Source: Eubacteriales Family XIII. Incertae Sedis bacterium
Lineage (GTDB): Bacteria; Bacillota; Clostridia; Peptostreptococcales; Anaerovoracaceae
Reading direction: 5' to 3'
Assembly (NCBI GenBank): GCA_031264295.1
Contig: JAISED010000022.1
Location: forward strand, 833-64,832
Length of the DNA: 64,000 nt
Position numbers and translations under genes: made by a program. Positions 1-9,789 of the stretch are shown here, one piece after another. Within the stretch, counting starts at the first letter, position 1. Every line of letters starts with the position of its first letter. Under the pieces are notes generated by a model, which saw only the letters and a list, made by a program, of their open reading frames with translations, had not been told where the DNA came from and ran no database searches.

Positions 1-3000
1 TCCGCCAACCTACAAACTCTGTTCCTGAAGGCGCAACAAGACTTCCGCGTCCCAGCACTTGCGCCGATTCACCAAGCCTATACTTTTTAGAATCTACCGG
101 AGGTTCTCCGTTCGTCGCTTCTCCCTTCGTATATGTAACTGTATAAGGTATAAAGCTCAGTTCGAAATCAGCCCAAAACTCAGCGTCGTAGTTTACGTTC
201 CCTGTAGTTGGAAACTCAGGCGACCATCCACTGAATGCATATCCAGGTTCGCCTACTGCATTCGGGGTAGTCACATCACTCCAAGAAGTTCCCCGTCCTA
301 CATACTCAACCACTACCGCAGTTGTACCACCGCCATCCTCAAAAGTTCCATGCTCTCCCGCTCTGAAAATAACTCTTGCCTTATCCTGATCCCAGATTGC
401 GTATATAGATTTATCGGTTCCGCCCACACTATAGTCTTCACTCAATTCATAGAATCTCACTCCGTCTATAATCGCACCTGCCGCCTCATTCCAACCGATT
501 ATTCTAAGGCCTTCATGAACGAATCCCGGTACAACACTAGGCAGTTTGACACTACTATTCGGCGCCGCCTTCATAATAAATTCAGCACTACTATCCCCAT
601 AATTATCATGAAGGGTTATATTGACTGCGCTGGCCGCCTGAACAAATTGCGGTACTAATGTCAAATCCCGCGTTACGCTTATAAGACTGCCCGGATAATA
701 CGTACTGCCCTCTCCGTCAACTCTCCAACCTACAAAAACAGTATCTGCAGATCCTACAAGGCTGCCGCCGCCTAACACACGCACCTGCGCACCGGCTCTG
801 TATCTGTTATTATCCAAAGGCGCTGTTCCGCTTACTGCGCCTTCACTTGTATATGTCAAGCTATACGCAGTTATGCCGCTATCAGTCGTTGCGCCGCCCC
901 CGCCATCAAATGGGAGTATTGTCACAATAGCGTTGGCTGTAACTGTTGCATATAGTTCATGCGTTGCTTCCACGATTACATCATAATAACCAACGTCAAT
1001 CCAACCCGGCGGTAATGTGTCAGTATATCTTTCGTCACCTACAATATAGGTTAACACCGCACCGCTCGTGTTCACCTCTGCGGGCTTGATCATATGCGGC
1101 ATACCATCATACTCGACAGTGATGGATTCCGCCGTCAGCTCTAAGAGATTAGGCTTGGTTATATTAATGTGGGTATCGAATATCCTTGTGATATACTCTG
1201 GATGTGAAATCCTAACATAAAGATCCGTCCACCCCAGTTCTGTACGATAGAATGGTATCGGATCACTACTCCACGGATAGCTGTCTGAAGGTTCATAAAT
1301 ACCAAGCTTATACTCAACTGTAAACGGCGGCGTGGCCGTGTTATTTATAGTGACCATATGCGCGTTCCCGTCGTATACGCCATCATATGCCACTACTGTA
1401 TCGTTTGGCACAAGCTTGTAAGTCCCCATCACCGCGCTGAACGTAATGTTTTCGTCAACAACTGCATCTTCTAGGTAGTCAGGTTCCCACCTGTTGAATA
1501 CAAATATTTCTTCATCAGGTATCACCTCTGGGGGCGTCACATAATTTCCCATGCGTTCCCCTGTCGGAACCTGGAATTCAGTTTCTCCTTCTAAACTTCC
1601 ATAATATGAGTTGATAGTAAATTTTACCATATGATATGGTGCGAAATTGGCTGTAAACACAGAGTCTTGAGACACCGTTGTGCTCCCGGCTGGTTTTGCC
1701 GGCCGCCATCCCGTAAACATATATCCTGGTACGGTCACTACCGTTTTCGGAAATGTTACATCACTCCAAAGGGTTTCTCTATCTACATATATAATAACTG
1801 TATCTGTATTCCCGCTGCCGTCTGGAGCTTCCAAGACCCCTCCGGGATTTGCCCTGAAAACGATCCTAGCCATATCCGGGATCCAAATCGCGTAAAGATC
1901 GGCATCTTCGTTTACAGGATAGTCATCATCCAGATCGTAGAATCCTATGGCGCCTCGGGTTGAATCCGGCGATTCGCCCCAACCGCCTATCCTGAATCCG
2001 GTGTTCACAAATTCGGGAACCAAGTACGGCAATCTGACAGTTTCACCTTTTTCGCCGTGAATAGTAACAACCTTATCGCTGCCCTCAAGATTATCATGAA
2101 GGGTTATAGATACCGGATTCACACCGCTTTCAAACCGCGGGTTCAATATCAGATCCCCTGTGACACTTATAAGACTATTCGGATAATAAATGACTCCTGT
2201 TCTGTCTAGCTTCCATCCTACGAATTCAGTATTACCGACAAGAGTATTGCTGCCCATTACCCGCGCGTCTACACCAAGTCTGTATCTACTTGGATCCCAA
2301 GGCGGCTCGCCGCTCACAGCCCCGACAGATGTATAGCTGATGGTAAACGCGTCTGTTTTCCATGACACATAAAGGTCAAAATCTGAAAAAACAGGTTTTC
2401 CGTTGGGATACAATGCCCTTAATCTGCTCCCTACAGGATAGTATCTCCACCCGTCAAACTGCCCTTTATTAGGCAGTTGCAATTCATTGTTATAAACCAC
2501 GCCGTCAATGGTAACGTTATACAGGTCTACCAATTCACCTGTCTTTACAAGCGGAGCATAGCCTAAAGGCACGCCCTCCTCATCTCTGAATGTCACCTTA
2601 TAGTCTCGCGGATTCCACTTGGCATAGACGGCTACATCGTGATCCGGCATGATCTCCGCATCAAAATCAAAAGGAATGGTCGTATAGGAATCCGCATACC
2701 ATCCATCAAAATCATAACCGCTTTTAAGCATTTCATTGTTTGGTTCAAAGCCCCCAAGCGGCATGCCGAACTTCACCCCGCTGGCGGGCGCCACCTCAGT
2801 GCCCCCCAGCGCATCAAACACCAATGTACTGAGATTTCGATCATAGTAATGATGTCTATAAGAACCGCCTGGAACACTATCCGTCAACGGCGCCCCAGTT
2901 AGCTCTGCAGACGCATTGGTTCCCACATGGTTGAGTCCCGATATAATCTTACCGTTAAGGACATCCGCTCCAGGGATGTCTTGACTGTAACTTTCATCCA

Positions 3001-4927
3001 GAGCGTAAGTCTTTCCACCATATTCTCGCTTTGTAACAGAAGCATCATCTACCTGTGCTGGTAGACATTCGACCCAATATCTGAGATGTCTGACTGGCGC
3101 CCCCGGCATCGGTCCTCTTTCGGATGTAAATATCCCACCCGCGCTCGTGGGATCTTTCGGCATCATGTCTTCGCTTACTACCACACGCCGCGTAACCCAG
3201 TCGCCTCCGCCGTTGAGTTCATCGCCGGGTACCCAAGCATAAAACTGTGGCCCAGCAAATCCTTCAAAAATTGCATTTGGCGCAGTGGGCCATGTATCCG
3301 TTATAGTTTGTCCATATTTAACACTGAGTACATAGGGCGGATAATTGAACGGGTTCTGACCTGTATAAGGTACTCCCGCATACATTATTGTCTCTCCCGT
3401 TAACATCGGCAATTTCATATATTGATTGTTTCTAGGATAGCCTGGTACTATGGGGTTTACGATAAATACAAGATCATAGACCTTTCGTTTCGCGTAAACA
3501 TTTACTACGGTCTCCCCTATCTCCGCAATGTGAATAGGCGTGCTAGACTGAAATTCCGCGTACCTCATAGCATGACTTGATGCGTATTCTGTATAAGACG
3601 GTATCTCTGTGATTTCTATAAGATCTCCGATTGTACCCCATTCTATCCTTTCATCGGCATATACATAATCACCCGAATTCCCGGGAGTCGGATCACTTCC
3701 CACAGGGAAATCGGGTTTTTCTAGCCAATATATCACCTTATACTGAGCGCCGTTCGGCACAAGGCTCCAATTCGCGAATAGTGTCAGCGCTTCTGTCAAT
3801 GGCAGGTTCTGATCATACTCACTGCCTTGACCGTCATGCGCTGTAGTCCAATGTTCGAAAGCATAGCCTGAACGTACAGGCTCAGGCACTTCAGTCATAC
3901 CGAGATCCGACAGCGCCGAGGCAAGGGATGAACCCCTCTTAACCGCTATAGGCTCCACATCAGAACCCTCAGTAACGAAATACACATATATGGAATCCAC
4001 TAGCACCGGAGCAAACTTCAGATCGCTGTTCACCGGCGATGTCATGTCATAAGGAACAGTACTTTCGAATAAGCGCCAGTAATCCAATACCTTGCCGATG
4101 GGAGCATTTAGAAGTATCATTTCCTCAGCATCAAGCAAGGGGATCGAACCGCCGGGGGCGACACGCTTCGAGAGGAACACCCGCTCGTCCGGATCGGTAT
4201 ACTGCACGAGATATTTGTCGCTGAAACGCGCGTATAATTTCTTGTCCTCGGCTATAGGAATGTAGAAATCAAACGGAGCGTCATCGGGTTTTCCGTTTTC
4301 ATACCATCCCATAAATGAAACGAGTCCGGAACTATCCGGTATGTCCGGTATCCCTGCAGGTTCTGAAGCAAAGCCCCCTCCAGGCACCATCTGTATATCG
4401 AAAATTTCAGTTCCACTTATATCTGTGTAGAATTCTATCACGAAGTCCGCATCCTGTGTGCTGAAATTCTCCTCCTGAATGTCAAGGTTTTCGTCTATGG
4501 ATTCTAGAATCTCATTCTGAGAGTCAAGCGCTTCATCCTGTAAGATTAAATCCGCGTCAGGCTCTGTGTTTTGAGAGTCAAACTCTTCTCCCCGGTTATT
4601 AAGATCCGCGTCCCCAATGAAATCTACATCCTGAGAAGCGTTCTCTTCATCTTGGGTTATAGTATCCCCATTTGAAACGCTGGATTCCTCATCCTGGGAG
4701 CTAGAATCCGCATCCTCAGTAAAAACCTCGTCTCGAACAACATCTCCACCATCTTGGGAGGCGAAATCTGATATGGTTTCTACTCCTGTAACTGCGGCGT
4801 CTCTGGCATAAATCATATTCGTAGGCGACAGTCCGGCGATCATAAGCGCCACCAGCACATAACTCACCGCCACCTTCCATCTCTTTGCGATAACGGTACT
4901 ACCAAATCCGGTAAAATTCTTGTCCAT
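1..4927 (-). CDS. Large secreted/cell-surface protein. Only the N-terminal ~1,642 aa are in the window; the C-terminus lies beyond position 1. It has a signal-anchor, an acidic Q/D/E-rich spacer and then many Listeria-Bacteroides (InlB B-repeat/Flg_new-type) repeats, with an internal module duplication.
   Basis: The gene is absent from the ORF track because no stop codon lies in the window. The reverse-strand ATG at 4925-4927 gives MDKNFTGFGSTVIAKRWKVAVSYVLVALMIAGL. I checked the frame at both ends; it stays open down to position 2 (..QVLGRGSLVAPSGTEFVGWR). No other minus-strand ORF >=60 aa is reported in 1-5239. Repeated G-[YF]-x-F-x-G-W motifs occur, e.g. KSGYDFDGWYADSYTTIPFDFDAEIMPD encoded at ~2641-2728. 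The segments ..PQFVQAASAVNITLHDN (~600-660) and ..PRFESGVNPVSITLHDN (~2090-2150) show module duplication. Confidence 0.8.
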   Translation of the reverse strand, partial: MDKNFTGFGSTVIAKRWKVAVSYVLVALMIAGLSPTNMIYARDAAVTGVETISDFASQDGGDVVRDEVFTEDADSSSQDEESSVSNGDTITQDEENASQDVDFIGDADLNNRGEEFDSQNTEPDADLILQDEALDSQNEILESIDENLDIQEENFSTQDADFVIEFYTDISGTEIFDIQMVPGGGFASEPAGIPDIPDSSGLVSFMGWYENGKPDDAPFDFYIPIAEDKKLYARFSDKYLVQYTDPDERVFLSKRVAPGGSIPLLDAEEMILLNAPIGKVLDYWRLFESTVPYDMTSPVNSDLKFAPVLVDSIYVYFVTEGSDVEPIAVKRGSSLASALSDLGMTEVPEPVRSGYAFEHWTTAHDGQGSEYDQNLPLTEALTLFANWSLVPNGAQYKVIYWLEKPDFPVGSDPTPGNSGDYVYADERIEWGTIGDLIEITEIPSYTEYASSHAMRYAEFQSSTPIHIAEIGETVVNVYAKRKVYDLVFIVNPIVPGYPRNNQYMKLPMLTGETIMYAGVPYTGQNPFNYPPYVLSVKYGQTITDTWPTAPNAIFEGFAGPQFYAWVPGDELNGGGDWVTRRVVVSEDMMPKDPTSAGGIFTSERGPMPGAPVRHLRYWVECLPAQVDDASVTKREYGGKTYALDESYSQDIPGADVLNGKIISGLNHVGTNASAELTGAPLTDSVPGGSYRHHYYDRNLSTLVFDALGGTEVAPASGVKFGMPLGGFEPNNEMLKSGYDFDGWYADSYTTIPFDFDAEIMPDHDVAVYAKWNPRDYKVTFRDEEGVPLGYAPLVKTGELVDLYNVTIDGVVYNNELQLPNKGQFDGWRYYPVGSRLRALYPNGKPVFSDFDLYVSWKTDAFTISYTSVGAVSGEPPWDPSRYRLGVDARVMGSNTLVGNTEFVGWKLDRTGVIYYPNSLISVTGDLILNPRFESGVNPVSITLHDNLEGSDKVVTIHGEKGETVRLPYLVPEFVNTGFRIGGWGESPDSTRGAIGFYDLDDDYPVNEDADLYAIWIPDMARIVFRANPGGVLEAPDGSGNTDTVIIYVDRETLWSDVTFPKTVVTVPGYMFTGWRPAKPAGSTTVSQDSVFTANFAPYHMVKFTINSYYGSLEGETEFQVPTGERMGNYVTPPEVIPDEEIFVFNRWEPDYLEDAVVDENITFSAVMGTYKLVPNDTVVAYDGVYDGNAHMVTINNTATPPFTVEYKLGIYEPSDSYPWSSDPIPFYRTELGWTDLYVRISHPEYITRIFDTHINITKPNLLELTAESITVEYDGMPHMIKPAEVNTSGAVLTYIVGDERYTDTLPPGWIDVGYYDVIVEATHELYATVTANAIVTILPFDGGGGATTDSGITAYSLTYTSEGAVSGTAPLDNNRYRAGAQVRVLGGGSLVGSADTVFVGWRVDGEGSTYYPGSLISVTRDLTLVPQFVQAASAVNITLHDNYGDSSAEFIMKAAPNSSVKLPSVVPGFVHEGLRIIGWNEAAGAIIDGVRFYELSEDYSVGGTDKSIYAIWDQDKARVIFRAGEHGTFEDGGGTTAVVVEYVGRGTSWSDVTTPNAVGEPGYAFSGWSPEFPTTGNVNYDAEFWADFELSFIPYTVTYTKGEATNGEPPVDSKKYRLGESAQVLGRGSLVAPSGTEFVGWR

Positions 4928-4994
4928 AGTAAGCACCCCACTCTACAATATATCCAGTTACAATATATTCAATTTAATATATCAAGGCATCTAG

Positions 4995-5079
4995 TTTTTT
5001 CGCCGACGCGGGGGGTGGAATCCCGGATTCTTGAACTGATCTTCAAGGCAGAAATCCATCCGCCGCGTCGAGCGAAAAA
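4995..5079. other. Long imperfect hairpin/inverted repeat in the gap between the GH10 gene and the downstream surface-protein gene.
   Basis: TTTTTTCGCCGACGCGG (4995-5011) pairs with CCGCGTCGAGCGAAAAA (5063-5079). Inner pairs are GGATT/AATCC and CTTGAA/TTCAAG. The T-run and A-run are part of the stem, so this is not a canonical intrinsic terminator on either strand. Confidence 0.4.
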
Positions 5080-5239
5080 GCAACTCATTTCCCTATTTTA
5101 ATTATGGCATATTCAAGGCAGTAAATCTTCTAGCCCGGAAAATAGGGATTTCCTGACGGGCACCGCAGCGTCCGCCAGGAATGAATATTGTGTACATTAT
5201 TATATTTTATCATGCTCTAACGACAATAGCCGTTTTCTC

Positions 5240-7201
5240 TTATCTCCCGACCATCACCGCTACACGTGTCTCAATGCCACTATCATCCAGAAGTCTCAAT
5301 GTGATTGTAGCATTGCCTGACTTAATCGCTGTAAGTTCACCGTCAGCGCTCACCGATACCACTGAGGGGTTGCTTGATACGAACTCATATGACGACCCGT
5401 TGGTGGAGTATAACAAAGGCCTTACATCACCCACCTTGAGGACGACCCGTGTAGTCTGATCGATGCTAGCAAACGTACCGCGAAGCACTAGATTGTCTAT
5501 AGCCTCCTGCAGTTCCGCAGTAGCTTCCTTGACGTCGTTGACGCCTTCGATGTCGTAGATTCTCACACCAGCAAGGGTTGTTGCAACAGTCTTAGCCTCG
5601 GCATAGTCGCCCCAACTGCTTATCGTGTATAGATTCGCTTCTCCATCTCCGGGTCCGGATTCTATGACCTGACGCATCTTATCCCGGTTGGGGGCGCCGA
5701 TTATAGCGAAGAATGAATACTTCTCATTCTGGTTTCCATCCCAGATATGGGCGCCGACATTACTATTGAATGTAGAATTGTCTCTGGTTCCGTCCCACTG
5801 GTAGGCGATGACATTATCCTTAAACTCTATCAGCAGATCCATCCAGTCGGCGGCAAAATCCGCCTGAGCTCTCATTATCTCGGGTCTTATGGCAAATGCG
5901 GTGGCTTGCGCACTAATGGCGCCCGGTGTCCAAAGCGGATTGCGCTTCACGGGCGAATTATCCGTATCCAGAGTATTGCCATTATTAGCGCTCCTCAATG
6001 CCCAACTGCCTGAACCGACCGGCCAGTCTAAGTTGGGATCCGCAGCGCCCCTCACATTAACATGGGTCGAAGGCAGAAGCGGATTGTAGTCAGGATTTGT
6101 GATGAAGTCGCTTCTGATATCCGACTCGCTGATGGAGATCTCATCAATAACCTTGAGAGATTCTTCGATCTGCTCACGAAGGATGTCTATGGTCGGATAA
6201 GCGTAGGCAAGTCGCGCCTGCAAGCCGTAACCGTCTATGATATCCACCGGATTCCCATCTGCGTCCTCATAACGACCCTCGCCGTAATCACGAATGATAC
6301 CCAGCAGCTTTATAGTCTGACTCATCTTAGGTTCATAGGGTTTATTGCTGTCTTGGAAGTCATTGAGATAGAGTTTCCAGTCTGCGCCATATTCGAGTGA
6401 CCATTTCTTGGCATATTCAAATGCCTTCTGGATATAGATGGATTCCGCCTTAAGACGCGCGTCCGGATCGTCGTCCAAACTGGCATCGCGGAATATACGT
6501 CCCCACTGACCCACCTGATAGCCTTCAGCGTTTCTCACCTGTCCCGTATAGTCGTCAAGGGGTTCATTGACCACATCCCAGGAATAGATAATGTCATTAT
6601 AAGGGGCATATTTTTGCATCATCTGCTTAACATAGTTCTCAAGGCGCGCCAACATGGTTTCGGGGCTTGCCCAATCGGGGTCAGCCGCGTTGTAAATAAA
6701 ACCGTTGCAGAAGAAATAATTGGGCTGCTGTCCGCCGTGCCACACTAGCGTATGGGCGCGCACCACCTTCTTCTCATTTTCAGGAACACCTTCATTATTT
6801 GCTCTGATCTGATTCAAGGTCGTTAATACAGGGGGACTGGCTACAAGCACCACATTTTCATTGGCAGCCTTAAGCATTGCGTCCTTTTCTGCATCTGTAA
6901 GAGTCATTGCGTTGATCTCAGCAACCTTCGCCACATACGCTTGCCTGGAAAGGCTGTTCGTATTGTTGTTGCCTATCTGCGCGTCAAGCTTCAAGGCGTT
7001 CGAAGGGCTGTTCGTGCGGTAATGGTACATGGCCTGATCTGAGTTCCAGACGCCGAACGTGCCCATTATGAAATAATCTTCGTATTCCTTCCACAGCGAA
7101 GGCAATGAATAATCTACCGCGAAAACGTTCGCTGTAAAAGCGGAGCATCCTATCACCAGAGCCGCTATGGTCGAAATAATTAGTTTTATTGGGGTTTTCA
7201 T
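5240..7201 (-). CDS. Secreted GH10 endo-1,4-beta-xylanase with a C-terminal Big_2 (bacterial Ig-like) domain.
   Basis: The N-terminus is a signal peptide (MKTPIKLIISTIAALVIGCSAFTANVFA). GH10 signature blocks are present: RAHTLVWHGGQQP, YSWDVVNEP (acid/base Glu), YLNDFQ, IDGYGLQARL and ISISESDI (nucleophile Glu block). The C-terminal YEFVSSNPSVVSVSADGELTAIKSGNATITLR is Big_2-like. Confidence 0.85.
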   Translation of the reverse strand: MKTPIKLIISTIAALVIGCSAFTANVFAVDYSLPSLWKEYEDYFIMGTFGVWNSDQAMYHYRTNSPSNALKLDAQIGNNNTNSLSRQAYVAKVAEINAMTLTDAEKDAMLKAANENVVLVASPPVLTTLNQIRANNEGVPENEKKVVRAHTLVWHGGQQPNYFFCNGFIYNAADPDWASPETMLARLENYVKQMMQKYAPYNDIIYSWDVVNEPLDDYTGQVRNAEGYQVGQWGRIFRDASLDDDPDARLKAESIYIQKAFEYAKKWSLEYGADWKLYLNDFQDSNKPYEPKMSQTIKLLGIIRDYGEGRYEDADGNPVDIIDGYGLQARLAYAYPTIDILREQIEESLKVIDEISISESDIRSDFITNPDYNPLLPSTHVNVRGAADPNLDWPVGSGSWALRSANNGNTLDTDNSPVKRNPLWTPGAISAQATAFAIRPEIMRAQADFAADWMDLLIEFKDNVIAYQWDGTRDNSTFNSNVGAHIWDGNQNEKYSFFAIIGAPNRDKMRQVIESGPGDGEANLYTISSWGDYAEAKTVATTLAGVRIYDIEGVNDVKEATAELQEAIDNLVLRGTFASIDQTTRVVLKVGDVRPLLYSTNGSSYEFVSSNPSVVSVSADGELTAIKSGNATITLRLLDDSGIETRVAVMVGR

Positions 7202-7428
7202 CTGATATAACCTCCGTTGCTACTTCGCTTATAAAGCCGAAGAAGGTTCTTCTAAATGCAACCGGCGAGTCGCCCTCATCTGTCAACGTCCCAGGCAGGC
7301 GCGACCGGCGGATTACTATTGTAGTGCAGAGGAGCGGCGGCAGTTCGTCCGCTCCGAATCGCATTATAATCGGCAGTTGAAAAAAGTCCGATATACGTAC
7401 ATGCGGCACGGTCTGGGAGAAGGCACGT

Positions 7429-8010
7429 TCAGAACAAGAGTTCGTATACCTTCTCGCCTATCAATTCGACCGACACCTTGACTTTGACGTTCTTTCCCTC
7501 CGCCTGGGGGGGCAGTTCGGCGGTTCGCAGCTCTATGCCGAAAGCCGCTGATTCCCCCGCAGACAGAGCGCTGACGCCGTCGGAACCCGCATCGCTTTTT
7601 TCGCGATCCCAGTATCCCTCAGGCGATTCTATCCATTTCCATCCTGCGTCGTCGTCAGCAAATGAGACTACCGATAGAAGCTCTCCCGGTAGCGCCACTT
7701 GAACTCCGCCGCTGTCTTCCCAGACACAAGTCACATATGCTCTCACGTGCGCGCCCACAGTACCAGTATTCTTCAAGGCGAACCGTTCGAAATAGCTATA
7801 TCTCGGTTGGATGCCCTCATCCTCATCGCCGATGATGTAAGAAAATTCAGCATCACCTGCAGATGAGACCTCACCATCAATATAACCTGTTACCATGCTC
7901 TGCGGCTCGACTACGACGAGTTTCAAAAACGAATGGGTGACTCCCACTGTAGCCGCCGCCAACATTATTACAGTTATCATCGGTAATAAAATACGGTAAT
8001 GTCTTTTCAT
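7429..8010 (-). CDS. Small secreted protein, possibly TasA/camelysin-like (a minor or accessory subunit).
   Basis: It has an N-terminal hydrophobic anchor (LLPMITVIMLAAATVGVTHSFL). A beta-rich body contains the block FALKNTGTVGAHVRAYV, which resembles the N-x-G-S/T block of TasA-family proteins. It is co-directional with, and 59 bp downstream of, the 8070-8975 gene. Confidence 0.55.
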   Translation of the reverse strand: MKRHYRILLPMITVIMLAAATVGVTHSFLKLVVVEPQSMVTGYIDGEVSSAGDAEFSYIIGDEDEGIQPRYSYFERFALKNTGTVGAHVRAYVTCVWEDSGGVQVALPGELLSVVSFADDDAGWKWIESPEGYWDREKSDAGSDGVSALSAGESAAFGIELRTAELPPQAEGKNVKVKVSVELIGEKVYELLF

Positions 8011-8069
8011 GTGTCTACGCTCCTTACAGCATACGCACTTTGGTCAGTTAAATCAAATCTTATAAAGAC

Positions 8070-8975
8070 TTATTTCGCTGCGTCGAACTGAGCCCTCAGA
8101 ATATCTTGAGGCGTAACATATGCGGGAGCACCAAGCGAAAGGGGATAGATGCCTGTATCTGGAACAACCCACTGCAAGCCTAGATCCGGATCCCACAAAT
8201 CCTCATCAGTAAGACCTAATTCATCCTTTATAGCATCCTCATACATGCCTTGAGTGGCCTTTATTCCAAAGCCGTTCAGTATGGCGCCGCCCCATTCTTT
8301 ACCCATAAGTCTCGCGTTTGTCCTCATGTCTATGAATGTTGACACCTTCACGCCTACATTGTCACGAACGATTTCACCGATCTTATCTCCGGTATCTAAA
8401 TCATAGACATTGTATGTTCCACTCGCCTGTATATCCAGGAAGTGTCTCTCACTATTACCATTTTTCGCCGGCAACACCCAGTGGAAAATTGTGCCATAGC
8501 GCAACGGGTCAAATGCATCATCCGGATCAGGCTCTGCGAATCCGCTATTTACATACCAAGCGTTTTCAGGATCAGTAGCGTCGATCGAGAAGCCCGCGAC
8601 TACTATACCTGCTGTAGCGGGATTAGACTCAGCATCATAGTAGTCAACTGGAGCCAATGGCTTGCCGTCCGCATCTCTGGTTATTGTTATGTCAAGACCG
8701 CCTATTTCGACGAATGCGGATATACTACCCGTGTTTCGAATATAGCCATCCGGTTCCACAAAGTCCATACCTGGCTGAATAGTATAGGCCACATCAGGAG
8801 CAATCTCGTCGAACTCGAATCCCGCCGTCTCGATCTCGAAGTAACCCATCTCTCCACCAATCGGATTAGTTTCGGAGCTGAACCACGCGTAGGTAGCTCC
8901 CATAATCAGCGCCGCAGCCAGAAGTATGCCGCCCGCTGTCGCTAAAGTTTTTTTACTGAAAAGTATTTTTTTCAT
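8070..8975 (-). CDS. TasA/camelysin-family-like protein with a SipW-dependent-type signal peptide.
   Basis: The N-terminus MKKILFSKKTLATAGGILLAAALIMGATYAWFSSET matches the G-[AT]-x-A-[YWF]-F-[ST]-[DSE] end of SipW-type signal peptides. The block IQPGMDFVEPDGYIRNTGSISAFV parallels the TasA block LKPGDKLTKDFQFENNGSLAI. An RBS (AAAGGAGAG) lies upstream. Confidence 0.65.
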   Translation of the reverse strand: MKKILFSKKTLATAGGILLAAALIMGATYAWFSSETNPIGGEMGYFEIETAGFEFDEIAPDVAYTIQPGMDFVEPDGYIRNTGSISAFVEIGGLDITITRDADGKPLAPVDYYDAESNPATAGIVVAGFSIDATDPENAWYVNSGFAEPDPDDAFDPLRYGTIFHWVLPAKNGNSERHFLDIQASGTYNVYDLDTGDKIGEIVRDNVGVKVSTFIDMRTNARLMGKEWGGAILNGFGIKATQGMYEDAIKDELGLTDEDLWDPDLGLQWVVPDTGIYPLSLGAPAYVTPQDILRAQFDAAK

Positions 8976-9009
8976 TTGGTTTTACTCTCCTTTACACTTT
9001 CTATCGATT

Positions 9010-9037
9010 ATTATGATATATCTGCTTAGAACGTCAA
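9010..9037 (-). promoter_or_regulatory. Candidate sigma-A promoter of the TasA-like/GH10 operon.
   Basis: On the minus strand, TTGACG (9032-9037), a 16-nt spacer and CATAAT (9010-9015) lie ~35 nt upstream of the ATG at 8975. Confidence 0.35.
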
Positions 9038-9647
9038 ACGAATGAATAAGAACCTGTAGTACAAACGCACTACCTAAAACCGTTTCGGTGCGGTTTAGGG
9101 AGGGTGCCCAGTTAAAGAAACCAACCTCATGATATTTAACCTCCTGTTATGCTGATGTTGATACAGCTATAAGTACAAGCGCAATAACTAATCAACCAAT
9201 AGAATACAAGCCGCCAAACCATGCTGCCGCATATTCACAGACACAAGACGTCAAAGAAACCGTCGATATTTTCTTTTTTCCCCCGTTTATTTTGAATTTC
9301 GATGCACTCTTCCCCAATCCGCCTAACGGCGGCGGCTGGCGCCCCTTAAGATATGTTTGGACGAATAATCGCAAATCGTTCTAGATGCGGAATCAATCTG
9401 CAAAAATTCCGACCGTGAAGCTATAATCGAAGATGCGGCGTTTCACAGTTGCAGGCCTGTTATAAATTGGCCATCCGCATCATATATGCTTTTCTAAAGA
9501 CATTTTTATTATATCCGACTTGTACAATTCCGTCAATAGAAACTTAATCAGTCTAGTAAATAAAGTTACCATTCGGATAAACTTATTATTTGTCGGGCCA
9601 AATACCGCTTACAGTCACAAGTTCCGCTGCAATTATTTAATTTTTAC

Positions 9648-9677
9648 TTGAACATTCCACCGCTTTATGTATATAAT
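9648..9677 (+). promoter_or_regulatory. Candidate sigma-A promoter of the oxidoreductase operon.
   Basis: TTGAAC (9648-9653), an 18-nt spacer and TATAAT (9672-9677) lie ~110 nt upstream of the ATG at 9790. Confidence 0.45.
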
Positions 9678-9789
9678 ATTACTCAAACTAATTCCAAAGT
9701 TTGTCTTCTTAGACTGAGTTCAGTATAACTGGTTGTGCGGTTTGCCGCCCGTCTCCGCGGGCGCCGCAGGAATTTGAGGTAACTTACAG

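Noticed and set aside
59-4224. Plus-strand ORFs of 61-199 aa listed in the track for the first 5 kb.
   Set aside because: This region is covered by one continuous minus-strand ORF (start 4927, open to the window edge) with repeated Listeria-Bacteroides repeat motifs. The plus-strand ORFs are Cys/Arg/Ser/Ile-rich nonsense.
9095-9130. 11-codon micro-ORF (MRLVSLTGHPP) with a perfect AGGAGG-9 nt-ATG context. Its stop codon sits in the 5' arm of a hairpin (9075-9101), which suggested a leader-peptide attenuator for the TasA-like operon.
   Set aside because: The best promoter for the TasA-like gene (9010-9037) lies downstream of this micro-ORF, so the micro-ORF would not be in that leader. No upstream promoter or conservation evidence is available. 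It remains possible but unsupported.
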